A stretch of 64,000 nucleotides of DNA, taken from positions 434,001 through 498,000 of the forward strand of contig JAANOX010000061.1 of NCBI GenBank assembly GCA_020184695.1, given 5' to 3'. The notes beneath the pieces were generated by a model that had not been told where the DNA came from, made no database searches, and saw nothing but the letters and a program-made list of their open reading frames with translations. The DNA comes from Histomonas meleagridis 2922-C6/04-290x (Eukaryota; Protista; Parabasalia). Made by a program: the position numbers and the translations under genes. This document shows, piece by piece, positions 46,134 to 57,072 of this stretch (within the stretch, counting starts at the first letter, position 1; the number at the start of each line of letters is the position of its first letter).

Positions 46134-46612
46134 ATTATATAATAAAAATAAATTTATATAATTATTTCCCTTTTTTATTTCATTTGTAAAGTAAATAACA
46201 ATATGTGATATAAGATGAATAACTTATGTTTAAAGTAAATTAATAACATATGTATCTAATCTCATGCTCTTTTTCAACACAAGTATGTTCTTCTATTATT
46301 ATTTACACTGACAACTAACGAAATCACTATCAGAAATAACAGTCAATTCTTATACATCGAAATACACAAAACATTAACAATTTCTTACATTTATAATTCA
46401 CTTACATATTCAATTAATTTAATAATAGCACATACATTCTAAGATTATACAACTTTAAAGTCGTGAACACAAAAACGACATTACTGCATTATCATTAGTT
46501 TCAATAACAGATATTTTCAAACTCCTTAACATGATATTAACATTGTAATTTTGTTTTTGGAATCAAAATTCAATATATAAATTATATAATTCAACTTTAT
46601 TTTACATTTTTA

Positions 46613-49216
46613 TTATTCGACTTTTGGTGCTTCTGCAGTTTTATGTTTAGTTTCATTTTTCTCTGTATCAAATTTCTCGAATGCCTGTATGAACCTTGTG
46701 ACGATATTTAACACTGTAACTCTTACAGTATCCACAGGGATATCGAGTGCATTAGCGCATTCTTGTAAATTATGTTTTTGGAATCCGATCATCAGCAAAA
46801 GTGTCTGTTGTAATCTTGACAATTCCACTTTTGCCAGTTTTTCAAAGAATAACTCTGCCAATTTTGGCATCAAGTCTTCGATTGCAGTGAAATCCTTTTG
46901 ACGATTTCTAAACATTTTTAGTCGTTCCACATCTTTCTCAGTCAACATGTCTATGTAATCCATATCAATTCTTTGTTCAGGTTCTAAAGTTGCATAAATT
47001 GCATCACATAAATTTGGTGGGAAATCTCTAAATTGATATCCAAGTAATCTTCCAAATCTAATTCTAAATTCATTTTTCATTTCCATGAACCATTCATTAT
47101 TATCATCGAATGGCTTTAATACAATTGCAGAATGTTCACCAGTAGTTTCATTTATAGCTTGACTTACATAAATTGGTGCGAAACCACAACGTGACCAAAA
47201 CCTATATAAACTTGAAGTAATACCAAAAGCTACTCCTGCATAATTCACTTCTTCATGTGCGCAATTTACAAGTCGTTTCATAATAGGCTTTGATTCATCA
47301 TCAATTAACGCCATATCATTAGGACTTGAATAATATTCAAGTAATTGTTGTATAGCTCTTGATCCATAACCTTTACTTTGCATTTGTGGATGTACTGCTA
47401 TACGTACAATACGAATTCCAGTCATTTGCGTGAAATCATTAAAGTTATATTGTTCACGGACTGTCCAAGGTATTAAATCGCCACTTGGATTCTTACCACG
47501 ATTAATAGCATCTAATGTTTGATCTTGTGTAATACGTCCTTCAAGTGACACTTGAATATAACATATAATATCTGGTACACCATTCACTATTTCTGATATT
47601 GGCGGAATCATTGCAAAGATTCGATGATTTGGTGAGTCAGACATCATAATCAAATCGTCGGGTTCATTCTTATAATGTGATGCAACTGATAATGCTACAA
47701 TTGACGTAAGAATTTTCTCAGTATATTTATTACCTGAAAATAATAGATCACGATCAACAAGCATTAACTCACAACTTTCAGGTGATGGAAGTGATTTAAT
47801 GTCATTTGGTTGTGCATCTAAACATAATAAGTTGTGAAGCCATTTCTCGATTGGATCATTTGGCGCATAACGAATTGGTTCATTTAACTCGACTTCAGTA
47901 AACTTCTTATTCGGTGATCTTCGTAATTCTTCAAATAGTTTTAATGATAATGAACGACCTGTGCCTTCATAACCATTAATTGTTGACGCCATTAAAACAA
48001 TGTATTTACCTAAAAGCTTCCGAACAAATGGTAATGGTATTGCTGCTGCTTCATCAATCGCAAGAATTTCACATTGCCCAAGTTTGTCAGCGTCATTTGG
48101 TTTGATATAACAAATCGTTTGTCGATGATCACGATGAATATTAATACGAATGATACTTTTGATACCTGTCGTGGTTTCAATGATATCATAATCGGAATGT
48201 TCTTTATAACCAAGCGCATCAAATCCAATAAGAACTGACCTAAAAAGTGTCGTAAGGTTTTCAAGTGCTGGTGCTGTTACAAATATATTGGAATAACCAA
48301 TAGATACTGCATATGCTAATGCAAGTCCAAGTGCTGTAGATTTACCACGACCACGTGATGCTGTAATACCAACAACTTTATCTAATTGTTGGGCTTGAAG
48401 TATATCAATAACATGAAGTAACGTACTCGCTTGATCTACTGTAAGCGTTTTATCAACTATACAACCGATTTTATCAATGGTACTAACTTCTTCTTTAAGT
48501 GATTTTAATTTGTTCTCATCATATTGAAAATTTTGGATGGATGGAGTGGCTTTAACAAATGGTAAAAGATTAAATTCATCATCAACACATATACAATTGC
48601 CACATTTTTTGATACTTAATAAAAATCGCCGATTAAATCGATTTGACGTGGTACCAAAAATATCATTACGCATGCCTTTCTGATAGGCCATGGAAACTTT
48701 ATAAAGATCTTCGAGGTTTTGCATTGTGTCAAGAAGAAGAATAATGGCACCACCACCTTGAACAGTTTCAATTGTTCGAGCAAGATAATTAGGTCTAATA
48801 CTTTGGAAATCTTGAAGAATAAGCATACCAAATGTTTGACCAAGGATTTTAGGTGTATCTTCATACTTACAAAATCTGATTTTATTAGAATTCATAAATA
48901 ATTGAAATTGATTTGCTTTCTCATCAATAATAAGTCCCTTAGATTGGAGTTGACGAAATTGTTTCCCTCGTTTTCTTTCATTTGAACTGAATTGTAATTT
49001 ATGTTTTAAACACCATAAAATTGTTGACGGTAATGGCCTATTTGATTCTGTATCTGTTCCATGAATTTTTTTCATGATTTCATGAATAACCTGTATTTGA
49101 AATATTCCTTTTTCACCAACCATGATAATTAAACATCTGTGATTATTTTCTTTAGCGCTTTCAAGCACTTGACGAATTTCATTTGATATCTTTTTCTTAA
49201 TAGTTTGAGATTGCAT
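46613..49216 (-). CDS. NAT10: RNA cytidine acetyltransferase Kre33/NAT10
   Basis: [83 protein letters not shown]. Confidence 0.97.
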   Translation of the reverse strand: MQSQTIKKKISNEIRQVLESAKENNHRCLIIMVGEKGIFQIQVIHEIMKKIHGTDTESNRPLPSTILWCLKHKLQFSSNERKRGKQFRQLQSKGLIIDEKANQFQLFMNSNKIRFCKYEDTPKILGQTFGMLILQDFQSIRPNYLARTIETVQGGGAIILLLDTMQNLEDLYKVSMAYQKGMRNDIFGTTSNRFNRRFLLSIKKCGNCICVDDEFNLLPFVKATPSIQNFQYDENKLKSLKEEVSTIDKIGCIVDKTLTVDQASTLLHVIDILQAQQLDKVVGITASRGRGKSTALGLALAYAVSIGYSNIFVTAPALENLTTLFRSVLIGFDALGYKEHSDYDIIETTTGIKSIIRINIHRDHRQTICYIKPNDADKLGQCEILAIDEAAAIPLPFVRKLLGKYIVLMASTINGYEGTGRSLSLKLFEELRRSPNKKFTEVELNEPIRYAPNDPIEKWLHNLLCLDAQPNDIKSLPSPESCELMLVDRDLLFSGNKYTEKILTSIVALSVASHYKNEPDDLIMMSDSPNHRIFAMIPPISEIVNGVPDIICYIQVSLEGRITQDQTLDAINRGKNPSGDLIPWTVREQYNFNDFTQMTGIRIVRIAVHPQMQSKGYGSRAIQQLLEYYSSPNDMALIDDESKPIMKRLVNCAHEEVNYAGVAFGITSSLYRFWSRCGFAPIYVSQAINETTGEHSAIVLKPFDDNNEWFMEMKNEFRIRFGRLLGYQFRDFPPNLCDAIYATLEPEQRIDMDYIDMLTEKDVERLKMFRNRQKDFTAIEDLMPKLAELFFEKLAKVELSRLQQTLLLMIGFQKHNLQECANALDIPVDTVRVTVLNIVTRFIQAFEKFDTEKNETKHKTAEAPKVE

Positions 49217-49326
49217 TGGATTTATGGTCGAGTTGAGCGACCTCGAAATATTGAAGAACTTTGTTTCGGTTATTGCGAAAAAAGTGACTTTATTGTAAAC
49301 TTAAGAAATTTCAGGGGTTTGGTTGA

Positions 49327-49335
49327 CCCCTTTTT
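49327..49335 (+). promoter_or_regulatory. M5-like CCTTT element directly upstream of the RPL10 ATG
   Basis: gacccctttttaATG; CCTTT at 49329-49333. Confidence 0.5.
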
Positions 49336-49336
49336 A

Positions 49337-49972
49337 ATGGGTCGTCGTCCAGCTCGTTGCTACCGTTATTTCAAGAGTGCTCCTTATCCAAAGTCACGCT
49401 TCTGCCGTGGTGTTCCAGATCCACGTCTTCAACGTTATGAAACTGGTACAAAACAAGCCACAGCACACGTTTTCCCATATTGTGTTCGTCTTATCTATCT
49501 TGAACATAGACAAAACATTTCTGCTGAAGCTCTTGAAGCTGCTCGTGTTAGCTCCAACCGTTACATGATGAAGACAATGGGTAAAGCATATCACATCCGT
49601 ATCAATCTTCACCCATTCCATGTTCTTCGTATCAACAAGATGCTTTCAACTGCAGGTGCAGATAGACTTCAAACAGGTATGCGTCATGCCTTCGGTAAAC
49701 CAAATGGTATGGTTTCACGTGTTAACCACCCACAATGCATCATGTCAGTTCGTGCACCAAAAGATGGTCTCAAGAATGCAATTGAAGCATTCCGCCGTGC
49801 ATCATTCAAGTTCCCAGGTAAATCAAAAGTTATTGTATCATCAAAGGTAGGTTTCACACCATACACACTTCAAGAATACAAAGAATACCTCGCCTCTGGC
49901 AAAATTGTTGAGTGCGGAAATCACATGCGCCGTGTCTACCGCCGTGGTCCAATCCCAAAGAAAGCAAACTAA
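49337..49972 (+). CDS. RPL10: 60S ribosomal protein L10 (uL16)
   Basis: [67 protein letters not shown]. The true start is ATG 49337. Confidence 0.98.
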   Translation: MGRRPARCYRYFKSAPYPKSRFCRGVPDPRLQRYETGTKQATAHVFPYCVRLIYLEHRQNISAEALEAARVSSNRYMMKTMGKAYHIRINLHPFHVLRINKMLSTAGADRLQTGMRHAFGKPNGMVSRVNHPQCIMSVRAPKDGLKNAIEAFRRASFKFPGKSKVIVSSKVGFTPYTLQEYKEYLASGKIVECGNHMRRVYRRGPIPKKAN

Positions 49973-50637
49973 ATCCATCTGAACGATTAAAACTCGTTTA
50001 AACATATCCACTTTTACAATGCTTTATATTGAATTAATGGCATTTTTTCGATAACATTTAGTTCACATTTTTTTATTTTTATCAATGTGTTATTATTGAG
50101 TAATTAATTCACTCAATAAAAAATGTTTATTAATGTAAATATATAACAAAAAGATAATTTTAAATTGTTTAAATCTCAAATTAATTAAAATTTCTCTTTG
50201 TATAAAAATGACTTCAAAAATCAATCAAAATCGCTCAAAATTTACTTTGATGATCCAAGTATAATGCTTTTAGAAAAGATTTATAATGGCACATTTAACA
50301 TCTCAGGTTATTTTGAGAATCAATGTGATTGAAATCGAAACTCATTACTTCAATTTGCTTTCAAAGGGCATTGGGAAAATGTGCAAAATTTCAATTTGAT
50401 GCTAGTTGCAGCTATTATTAACAAGCCATACATCAATGTATCAACACTTCCAAGTAACATTAATTACAAATTGGAAGATGATTAGTTATTACATTTTAAA
50501 ACTGAAGAAAGTACCATTCATGGAATGAGGTCATTTCTTGTTGCATTTGGGGTGATTTTGTTTCTGAAAACACAAATATTTATGAATTAATAAAACGAAA
50601 ATCGATGGTATATATTTTTATGAATAATTCATACAAA

Positions 50638-53112
50638 TTATTGCAAACAATTCTTCAATATCGCAAGGTAAGGCGCATACTGAGGAATGTTTCCCAACTC
50701 GACGATGTATTTACTACAACTCGTGTTCTTTAATATTGCCTTTGTTTGATTATATTGGCACAATGAGCAAAGCATTGACAAGACGCTTAACGTATAACAA
50801 TTATTTGTTTTCAAGAACTCCACGAAGTAATCGATTAATCTTAAGAACTCCGAAATCAAACCAATTCTTGATAAAGTGTCGATCATAAAGAAACACGTTG
50901 ACAATGATTCCTTATCATTTAACATTGCGACAGTTTGTTGGTAATTAGTGAAGAATCCAGCTTTTTCATATTGACTTAATTCTTGTGGTGTTGAAACAAG
51001 TTTTACTATGATTGAAGAAGCTGTTTCTATCATTTTTGTATCATTACTATGCATTAATTGTGATAAGAAAATAGGAATCTCTGGAAATGTTGAAATTGTT
51101 GAACGTAATTCAGGAAATACTAATAATACTAAAAGTAAATGCATAACTTGTTTTGCAGTCATTTGTCCATTTAATATCCATTGACTTCCATTTGCAATTA
51201 ATGAATCTCCACTTTGAGTGCGATCACATTGACATAAGATAACATAATAAGCATTTTGATTATGTGGTAATAAAGACAATAGATAACTCATAATTTCTTT
51301 GGTTAAATGTATCGATTTTTGTTTGATTAAAAATGATAATGTAATAGTTGTAGTTTCTGGATTTTGTAAATGTTTTAATATTATGTTCGGATCAATTGTA
51401 TATTTGGGTGAATAAAACATTATCATTAAAGAATAGATATTAGTAATTAATTGTGGTGAGGTGGCATTAGAAATATAACTATTAAAGACTGGTACAACAT
51501 ATTCAAATCGGGCATTATTAAATTGGGAAAAATTTGCCATCAAATAATATAACATTTGTAAATATAAAATTGGCGATGTATTGAAAAAGTTCATTGATGT
51601 CTTAATTAAGTGGTCACTTGCCGTCCAACCGTTGGATAAACGGTCGAACATTTGGACAATTGGATATAAAATTCGTAATGTTTTATCAGCATATTCATGG
51701 TTAATAAATGGTGAAATATATCGAACAAATGGCTTGTCAATTAGGGTTGGCCGTTGAGTAACAACAAAAAGTGTAATTTCAAATGTATACTTAACAGACT
51801 TCTCAGAGTTAATAGGGAGATGATGTAAAAGATCATATTCGATAAACATGTTAAAGTAATTAGCATTTGATCGGATTAATTGATTAAGATTTTCAACAAC
51901 AAACTCCGTTATACTCTTGGGAGTAGTTGGTGAAAAGCAACGTAACAAAGATTGGAAAAACCTTGGTGCAACTTCTGTTGTTAGGTTTTGAATACATAAT
52001 TTGAAATTATTCTCATAATTTGGATTCGAAAAATTAACAATATCATCGTAATTTGGAGAATCCAAGAATTCACCCGCCGAGCTTTTGCTCATCTGAGATG
52101 ACTTTGATCTGATCGAATTATTTCGACTTCGATTAGCTTGAGAAGAAATTACTTGAGCCTTATTATACTTCAGAGGAGGTTCTCGTTTCCCTCTTATCTC
52201 AGCACGGATAATTTGATCATCTTTGATTTCATTAATAACATAATCAATAGCAGCAGGTTCAGTTCCTGGGAACATAACCTTCTTGGTAGCAATGGCATTA
52301 TAAGCCTGTTCGAATGTAGGCCTTTTGTTAGGGTCTTGGTTCCATAAGGCATTGATAAATTGCTTGATCTCACTTGGCGTATTTTCCGGAAAAGCCGGTC
52401 TTTCTTGGTTCTGTGATACCGCAATAGCAATTTGGATACCATCCTTTCCTTGGAATGGTGCTGTTTCTGTCAGCATTTCCCACATCATAATTCCGAATGC
52501 ATACACATCAACTTTGTTAGTATAATTTGTGGAAACAAAGGATTCAGGAGCCATCCAGTGTGGAGTTCCGACGTTCTTTGTCATAAGGTTTGATTCGGAT
52601 GTTAATCTTGATGTTCCAAAATCACATATTTTTGGGAATAATTTCTTGTCTAAAAGAATATTGAGGGATTTGAGATCTCTGTGTATAATCCCCATGGAAT
52701 GAAGGGAAGCCATGCCTTTGCAAATACCAAGTGCAATTATTGTTTTTTGTGTTGGAGTTAATGATGGAGCTCCTTTTCGATGACGAAGCGCACCAAATAA
52801 GGATCCATTTGGAATGTATTCAGTAACAATAAGAAGAGGTATTGATGGTTTCCAACCATAAAATGGAACCAAAAATAAATCATCACATTGAGCAAGGACT
52901 TCAACTTCTCTACAGAAATCAACTAATTCTTTGCTTTCAATGTCCTCTGTAAAAAGCTTCTTGACTGCACAAATTTTACCTGTTGGAATATGTTTAGCCC
53001 TAAAGACTTGTCCATACGCTCCTTGACCAATCATTTGCATCATTTGAAAGTCTTCCAGTTTTACTTGGTAAGATTCAAGTTCAGGTGTTACATGGCTGAG
53101 AAGGCTTGTCAT
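50638..53112 (-). CDS. TKL-family protein kinase with a C-terminal ARM-like region
   Basis: IGQGAYGQV, AVKKL, IIHRDLKSLNILL, ICDFGTSR, GTPHWMAPE, DVYAFG. Confidence 0.93.
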   Translation of the reverse strand: MTSLLSHVTPELESYQVKLEDFQMMQMIGQGAYGQVFRAKHIPTGKICAVKKLFTEDIESKELVDFCREVEVLAQCDDLFLVPFYGWKPSIPLLIVTEYIPNGSLFGALRHRKGAPSLTPTQKTIIALGICKGMASLHSMGIIHRDLKSLNILLDKKLFPKICDFGTSRLTSESNLMTKNVGTPHWMAPESFVSTNYTNKVDVYAFGIMMWEMLTETAPFQGKDGIQIAIAVSQNQERPAFPENTPSEIKQFINALWNQDPNKRPTFEQAYNAIATKKVMFPGTEPAAIDYVINEIKDDQIIRAEIRGKREPPLKYNKAQVISSQANRSRNNSIRSKSSQMSKSSAGEFLDSPNYDDIVNFSNPNYENNFKLCIQNLTTEVAPRFFQSLLRCFSPTTPKSITEFVVENLNQLIRSNANYFNMFIEYDLLHHLPINSEKSVKYTFEITLFVVTQRPTLIDKPFVRYISPFINHEYADKTLRILYPIVQMFDRLSNGWTASDHLIKTSMNFFNTSPILYLQMLYYLMANFSQFNNARFEYVVPVFNSYISNATSPQLITNIYSLMIMFYSPKYTIDPNIILKHLQNPETTTITLSFLIKQKSIHLTKEIMSYLLSLLPHNQNAYYVILCQCDRTQSGDSLIANGSQWILNGQMTAKQVMHLLLVLLVFPELRSTISTFPEIPIFLSQLMHSNDTKMIETASSIIVKLVSTPQELSQYEKAGFFTNYQQTVAMLNDKESLSTCFFMIDTLSRIGLISEFLRLIDYFVEFLKTNNCYTLSVLSMLCSLCQYNQTKAILKNTSCSKYIVELGNIPQYAPYLAILKNCLQ

Positions 53113-53332
53113 TTTGAACCAAAAATCTCTGACGGTTTAATGCCGAAACGCATAACATTTCAAAAAGTTAAGAGTTCGTTTACTTTTAAAGAAAAAGTTC
53201 CAGTATAAGTTCAAAAGAGTTCAATTTTTTTTTTTTAATATGCAATTAAAATGATATAGATATTTCGAACATTAGAGAAATACAAAAAAACAAAAAACAG
53301 TTTACTATGATAATTAAGCAAATTCGACCTAA

Positions 53333-53806
53333 TTAAGAAAAATTAGAAAAAGAAGGAGTTGAAGAATCTTCAATAGACAAAGCTAATAATTCTGCTTTTT
53401 GAATTGAGATTTGAAGTAAGTTATTTGTTTCCTTTATTTCATCTTGAATAAATTTAAGTGTATTATCTATTTCTGTTAAATTTGAATTGAGTTGCTTTTT
53501 TCTTTTATCTAGTTTTTCTGTGTAAGTTTGAAATTGATCAGATTGTTGCTGAATATAATAACAAATCTTATTTTGATTTTTAGCAGCATGAGATAAGAGT
53601 ATGTTATAGTAGTCCTGTAGTAGCCTTTGTGAGTCATTAAGTTTTTCACTTGGAATTATTAAGTCAGGAAATTTTGAAAACCAATTATTTGGAACAATAG
53701 GTGAAATCTGTGGAATAGGTTTAGTTTCCAAATTTAACTCAGGCTCATTAACTTTTGATTTCACTTCTATAATTTTTGTTTGTGGGACTGATTCTTCTCC
53801 TCCCAT
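53333..53806 (-). CDS. N-myristoylated coiled-coil protein, possibly BORCS5 (myrlysin)-like
   Basis: It starts MGGEES at 53806 and has a C-terminal coiled coil (AAKNQNKICYYI...EKLDKRKKQL). Family call is inference. Confidence 0.55.
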   Translation of the reverse strand: MGGEESVPQTKIIEVKSKVNEPELNLETKPIPQISPIVPNNWFSKFPDLIIPSEKLNDSQRLLQDYYNILLSHAAKNQNKICYYIQQQSDQFQTYTEKLDKRKKQLNSNLTEIDNTLKFIQDEIKETNNLLQISIQKAELLALSIEDSSTPSFSNFS

Positions 53807-53876
53807 ATTTTTTTTCAATCGTTTTCTGGTGATGGCAATTTAAGGCACCCCATTGACCAATGGTCGAGCAACAAAA

Positions 53877-54284
53877 ATGAACAGCGAACCAACTGAAGCT
53901 CAAGAGAATCCAAATGAAGAAGGCAAAGAAAAAGAAGAACCTAATGAAGATAAAAGTAATGAGCCACCAAAAGTCATTCTTTATCGTTGCCATCAATGCA
54001 GGGTTCCATTGTTCAAATCCACAGATATCATCCCACACCAAGCAACCAAGGTTAGAAAATTTGCAACAAAAAGGCAAACATTCAGCGATGATCAAAAATG
54101 TACATCATTCTTTATTGAACAACCAAAATGGTTAAATGCACTTGGAAGAATGTCTGACACAATTTACTGTCCGAAGTGCAATTACAAAGTGGGGCATTTT
54201 TCATGGAAGGGAGTTCAATGTTCATGTGGTGAATGGGTTAAGCCTTCTTTCCAAATTCCATATTCTCGAGTTGATGCAATTTGA
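53877..54284 (+). CDS. Stand-alone zinc-binding domain of Yvh1/DUSP12 type
   Basis: YRCHQCRVPLF...H...CTSFFIE...IYCPKCNYKVGHFSWKGVQCSCGEWVKPSFQI. No phosphatase domain is present. Confidence 0.85.
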   Translation: MNSEPTEAQENPNEEGKEKEEPNEDKSNEPPKVILYRCHQCRVPLFKSTDIIPHQATKVRKFATKRQTFSDDQKCTSFFIEQPKWLNALGRMSDTIYCPKCNYKVGHFSWKGVQCSCGEWVKPSFQIPYSRVDAI

Positions 54285-54595
54285 GCGGCACACAGTTGCT
54301 TTTTATTTAATGTCAAATGAAAGGTTTTCAATTCATGTGAATTTAACATAAGCAATACGATTAAGTGTTTATTAAACAATTGATTGATACTCCTTAAAAT
54401 GCTTGTTCTTGTTGATTGTTTTAATAATATTTAAACATTAATTATTTTATACATTTCGAAATGTCTAATAAAGATGGATCTTTGTATTACAAATGTTTTA
54501 AAACCCAACATAAAATCTAAAGGTTTTAAATCGTTCATTTTAATGATAGGTTTTGTTGAGCAAAAGGTTTTTTGGTTTAATTTAACGTTCATACT

Positions 54596-55735
54596 ATGAG
54601 AAAAGGAAACAAAACAGAATTTATTCCATCTGAAAACAGAAAAAGAAATGTTAAAAAGCCAAAAAATAATGCAAATGTAATTCAGTCGCCTTTTAATATA
54701 TATGGAAAATCAGAAAATAAGTTAGAAACAGAAATTCAAATTAATTCAAAACAGAAAAAGCGCAGCAAAAATCAAAAATCAATCAGCACTGTCTTATCAA
54801 ACGATTCTCTAAAATCATTTAGGCCTAAAATTCAAATTAAAGCAAAATCTCATGATTCATCATCAAAACAAAATGAAATCCTAGCAGGTAATTCTGATGT
54901 TGACACTCACACAAAGATAGAAACACAAGTGTTTCCAACTCAAAATTCAATAATTGTCGGATTAACTTCTTCTCCTTTAGACCTTGCAGTTGTTGAATCA
55001 CCAACAATTAACGCACATCTAAAAGGTACCACTGAATCTCCAATCACTTGTCTTCATTCTCCAACAATCAATAATAAGCAGCCAATAGATAGTATCATTT
55101 CTCCAAAAGCTTACACCAATTCACCAATAATTAATACAAAATCACCAATAGCGAACATTAATTCACCATCAACTAATATCAAATCACCAATAGCAAACAT
55201 TAATTCACCATCAACTAATATCAAATCACCAATAGCAAACATTAATTCACCATCAACTAATATGAATTCACCAAAAGCTAATATCAAATCACCAATATCT
55301 AATATTAATTCACCATCAACTAATATGAATTCACCAATAAATAATGTTAAATCACCAACATCTAATATTTATTCACCATCAACTAATATGAATTCACCAA
55401 TAATTAATACCAAATCACCAATAGCTAATTTTAATATTAATTCACCAATAAATAATATTAATTCACCAATAATTAATACCAAATCACCAATAGCTAATTT
55501 TAATATTAATTCACCAATAATCAATTCAAAATCACAAACAATTAATGTTAAATCACCAATAAATAATGTTAAATCTAGAACAACAAACATTAAATCACTG
55601 CCCCTCAAAAAGTCACATAAATTTTCAAGAACACAAACACCACAAAAGATGGAAAAAGGCACAAAATGCCATTCATTTTTCATTTTTATTTTCTTTATTC
55701 TATTTTTCCTTTTGGTTTTATTCCCAATGCTATAG
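54596..55735 (+). CDS. Ser-Pro repeat protein with a C-terminal transmembrane anchor
   Basis: 379-aa ORF with many NSP/KSP heptads and a terminal hydrophobic FFIFIFFILFFLLVLFPML. Confidence 0.75.
   Translation: MRKGNKTEFIPSENRKRNVKKPKNNANVIQSPFNIYGKSENKLETEIQINSKQKKRSKNQKSISTVLSNDSLKSFRPKIQIKAKSHDSSSKQNEILAGNSDVDTHTKIETQVFPTQNSIIVGLTSSPLDLAVVESPTINAHLKGTTESPITCLHSPTINNKQPIDSIISPKAYTNSPIINTKSPIANINSPSTNIKSPIANINSPSTNIKSPIANINSPSTNMNSPKANIKSPISNINSPSTNMNSPINNVKSPTSNIYSPSTNMNSPIINTKSPIANFNINSPINNINSPIINTKSPIANFNINSPIINSKSQTINVKSPINNVKSRTTNIKSLPLKKSHKFSRTQTPQKMEKGTKCHSFFIFIFFILFFLLVLFPML
55120..55570 (+). repeat. Coding minisatellite based on 21-nt units (aattcacca/aaatcacca), with 42-nt higher-order copies
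   Basis: NINSPSTNIKSPIA recurs three times near 55150-55260; degenerate heptads continue to about 55570. Confidence 0.85.
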
Positions 55736-55833
55736 CATATATTAATAAACATTGTAAATACTTATTTAAAAAATCTTTTAAACATAAAATAAAATTACTT
55801 AAAAACATGATTAATTTATTAAATAGAATATAT

Positions 55834-57072
55834 TTATTCGTCAGATAGTGAGAGGAAGTCATCTATGTTATCGAAGTCCTGTGGCTCCAAATATTGTTGA
55901 TCTGTCATTAATTCATAAGGCCAATGAAGAACAGTCATTATTAATCCGAAAAAATTAATAACATAAAGCGAAACCATGAAAACAACTCCATTAAGTTCAT
56001 TTTTATTTTTATTTTTATTTATTTTGATGATGATTGATATTATAATAAAAATTATAAGTACAATAATTAATATAAATGAATACGTAAAAAGTTTATATCT
56101 TTCTGTTATGTCAATGTGTAAAATTGATCTGAGGATTACACAAATTAACCAAATAATAAAAATAATATTAAATATTAATAAAATTATGTTTTTTCCTTTG
56201 TATCCATAAATTTCTGAAAAAGTCAAATAAACGGTCTCCGTGATTCCAAACAAAGAAAAAAAGATAATCTTTGGAAGGAAAAACCATTGAGAAATTTGTC
56301 TGTTTTTATATTGAAGGGAATCAAACAATGTGAGCAAAAAGAAACGAATGTATGTCAAATATAATGAAAAAAAGAATTTATCGTATATCTTGTTAACTGA
56401 TGATTTGTTAAAGAGCCTAAGAAAATACAAAGGATTGTCATAAAGTATGGTGGCAATAAGTAGAAATACGGTAAGCTTTTGTTCTAAATGCCATATCCTA
56501 AATGGTTCACTTTTCAACATGGAAATAATCATAAAGAGAGCAACAATACAACAGACTCCGTATATGGCATAAAAAATAGATTGAAATCTTAGATATAATG
56601 GATTTCCAATTTCCCATTTGACATTAAGTTTTATTGGTTTGGAATAATTTTCAATCAAAAGATTGAATGAAATAGTTGATGTTTCGAGATAGTTCGTCGA
56701 ATACAGTATTGAATTCGTTGAGGTAATATATTTCGTGATATTTTGTTTAGATTGACCATAAAAATGGATGTGAGCAATAATGGGAAGTTGAAGCATGTAG
56801 TTTTGAATTGCAATTTTTGTAAAACAATTTAAATTCGAAAAAGAATCTTGAATAACCATTGAAACTAGTTTGCTATTGTTATGAACAGGAGTCATTGAAA
56901 CAGGTATTAAATTGGTAGTGACTTGACGCGGTGAAGAAAACCCTAAAATTAGATTAATAATTAAAAGAAAAAGAAAAAAACCACTATAAACCCAATTTTC
57001 CGTATGGTTTAAGGAATCGATTGACATTAATGTTTCTCTGCTTAGTGATTCTTCAATTTGTAAATCAATCAT
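55834..57072 (-). CDS. Multi-pass membrane protein, TMEM181/Wntless-like
   Basis: About 7-8 hydrophobic segments. EQKLTVFLLIATILYDNPLYFL resembles the TMEM181 EQKW...LYNDP motif. Confidence 0.7.
   Translation of the reverse strand: MIDLQIEESLSRETLMSIDSLNHTENWVYSGFFLFLLIINLILGFSSPRQVTTNLIPVSMTPVHNNSKLVSMVIQDSFSNLNCFTKIAIQNYMLQLPIIAHIHFYGQSKQNITKYITSTNSILYSTNYLETSTISFNLLIENYSKPIKLNVKWEIGNPLYLRFQSIFYAIYGVCCIVALFMIISMLKSEPFRIWHLEQKLTVFLLIATILYDNPLYFLRLFNKSSVNKIYDKFFFSLYLTYIRFFLLTLFDSLQYKNRQISQWFFLPKIIFFSLFGITETVYLTFSEIYGYKGKNIILLIFNIIFIIWLICVILRSILHIDITERYKLFTYSFILIIVLIIFIIISIIIKINKNKNKNELNGVVFMVSLYVINFFGLIMTVLHWPYELMTDQQYLEPQDFDNIDDFLSLSDE

Noticed and set aside
49205-49336. N-terminal extension of RPL10 shown in the ORF track
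   Set aside because: It starts at a non-ATG codon and overlaps the NAT10 start and the promoter. The universal MGRRP start is at 49337.
12042-49972. Reassigned stop codons (TAA/TAG as sense, as in some metamonads)
   Set aside because: Conserved genes (eIF2-gamma, Vps34, FBA, RPS13, NAT10, RPL10) have no internal stops and several end in TAA. Reassignment would also not fix the frame-breaking 83-nt linkers.
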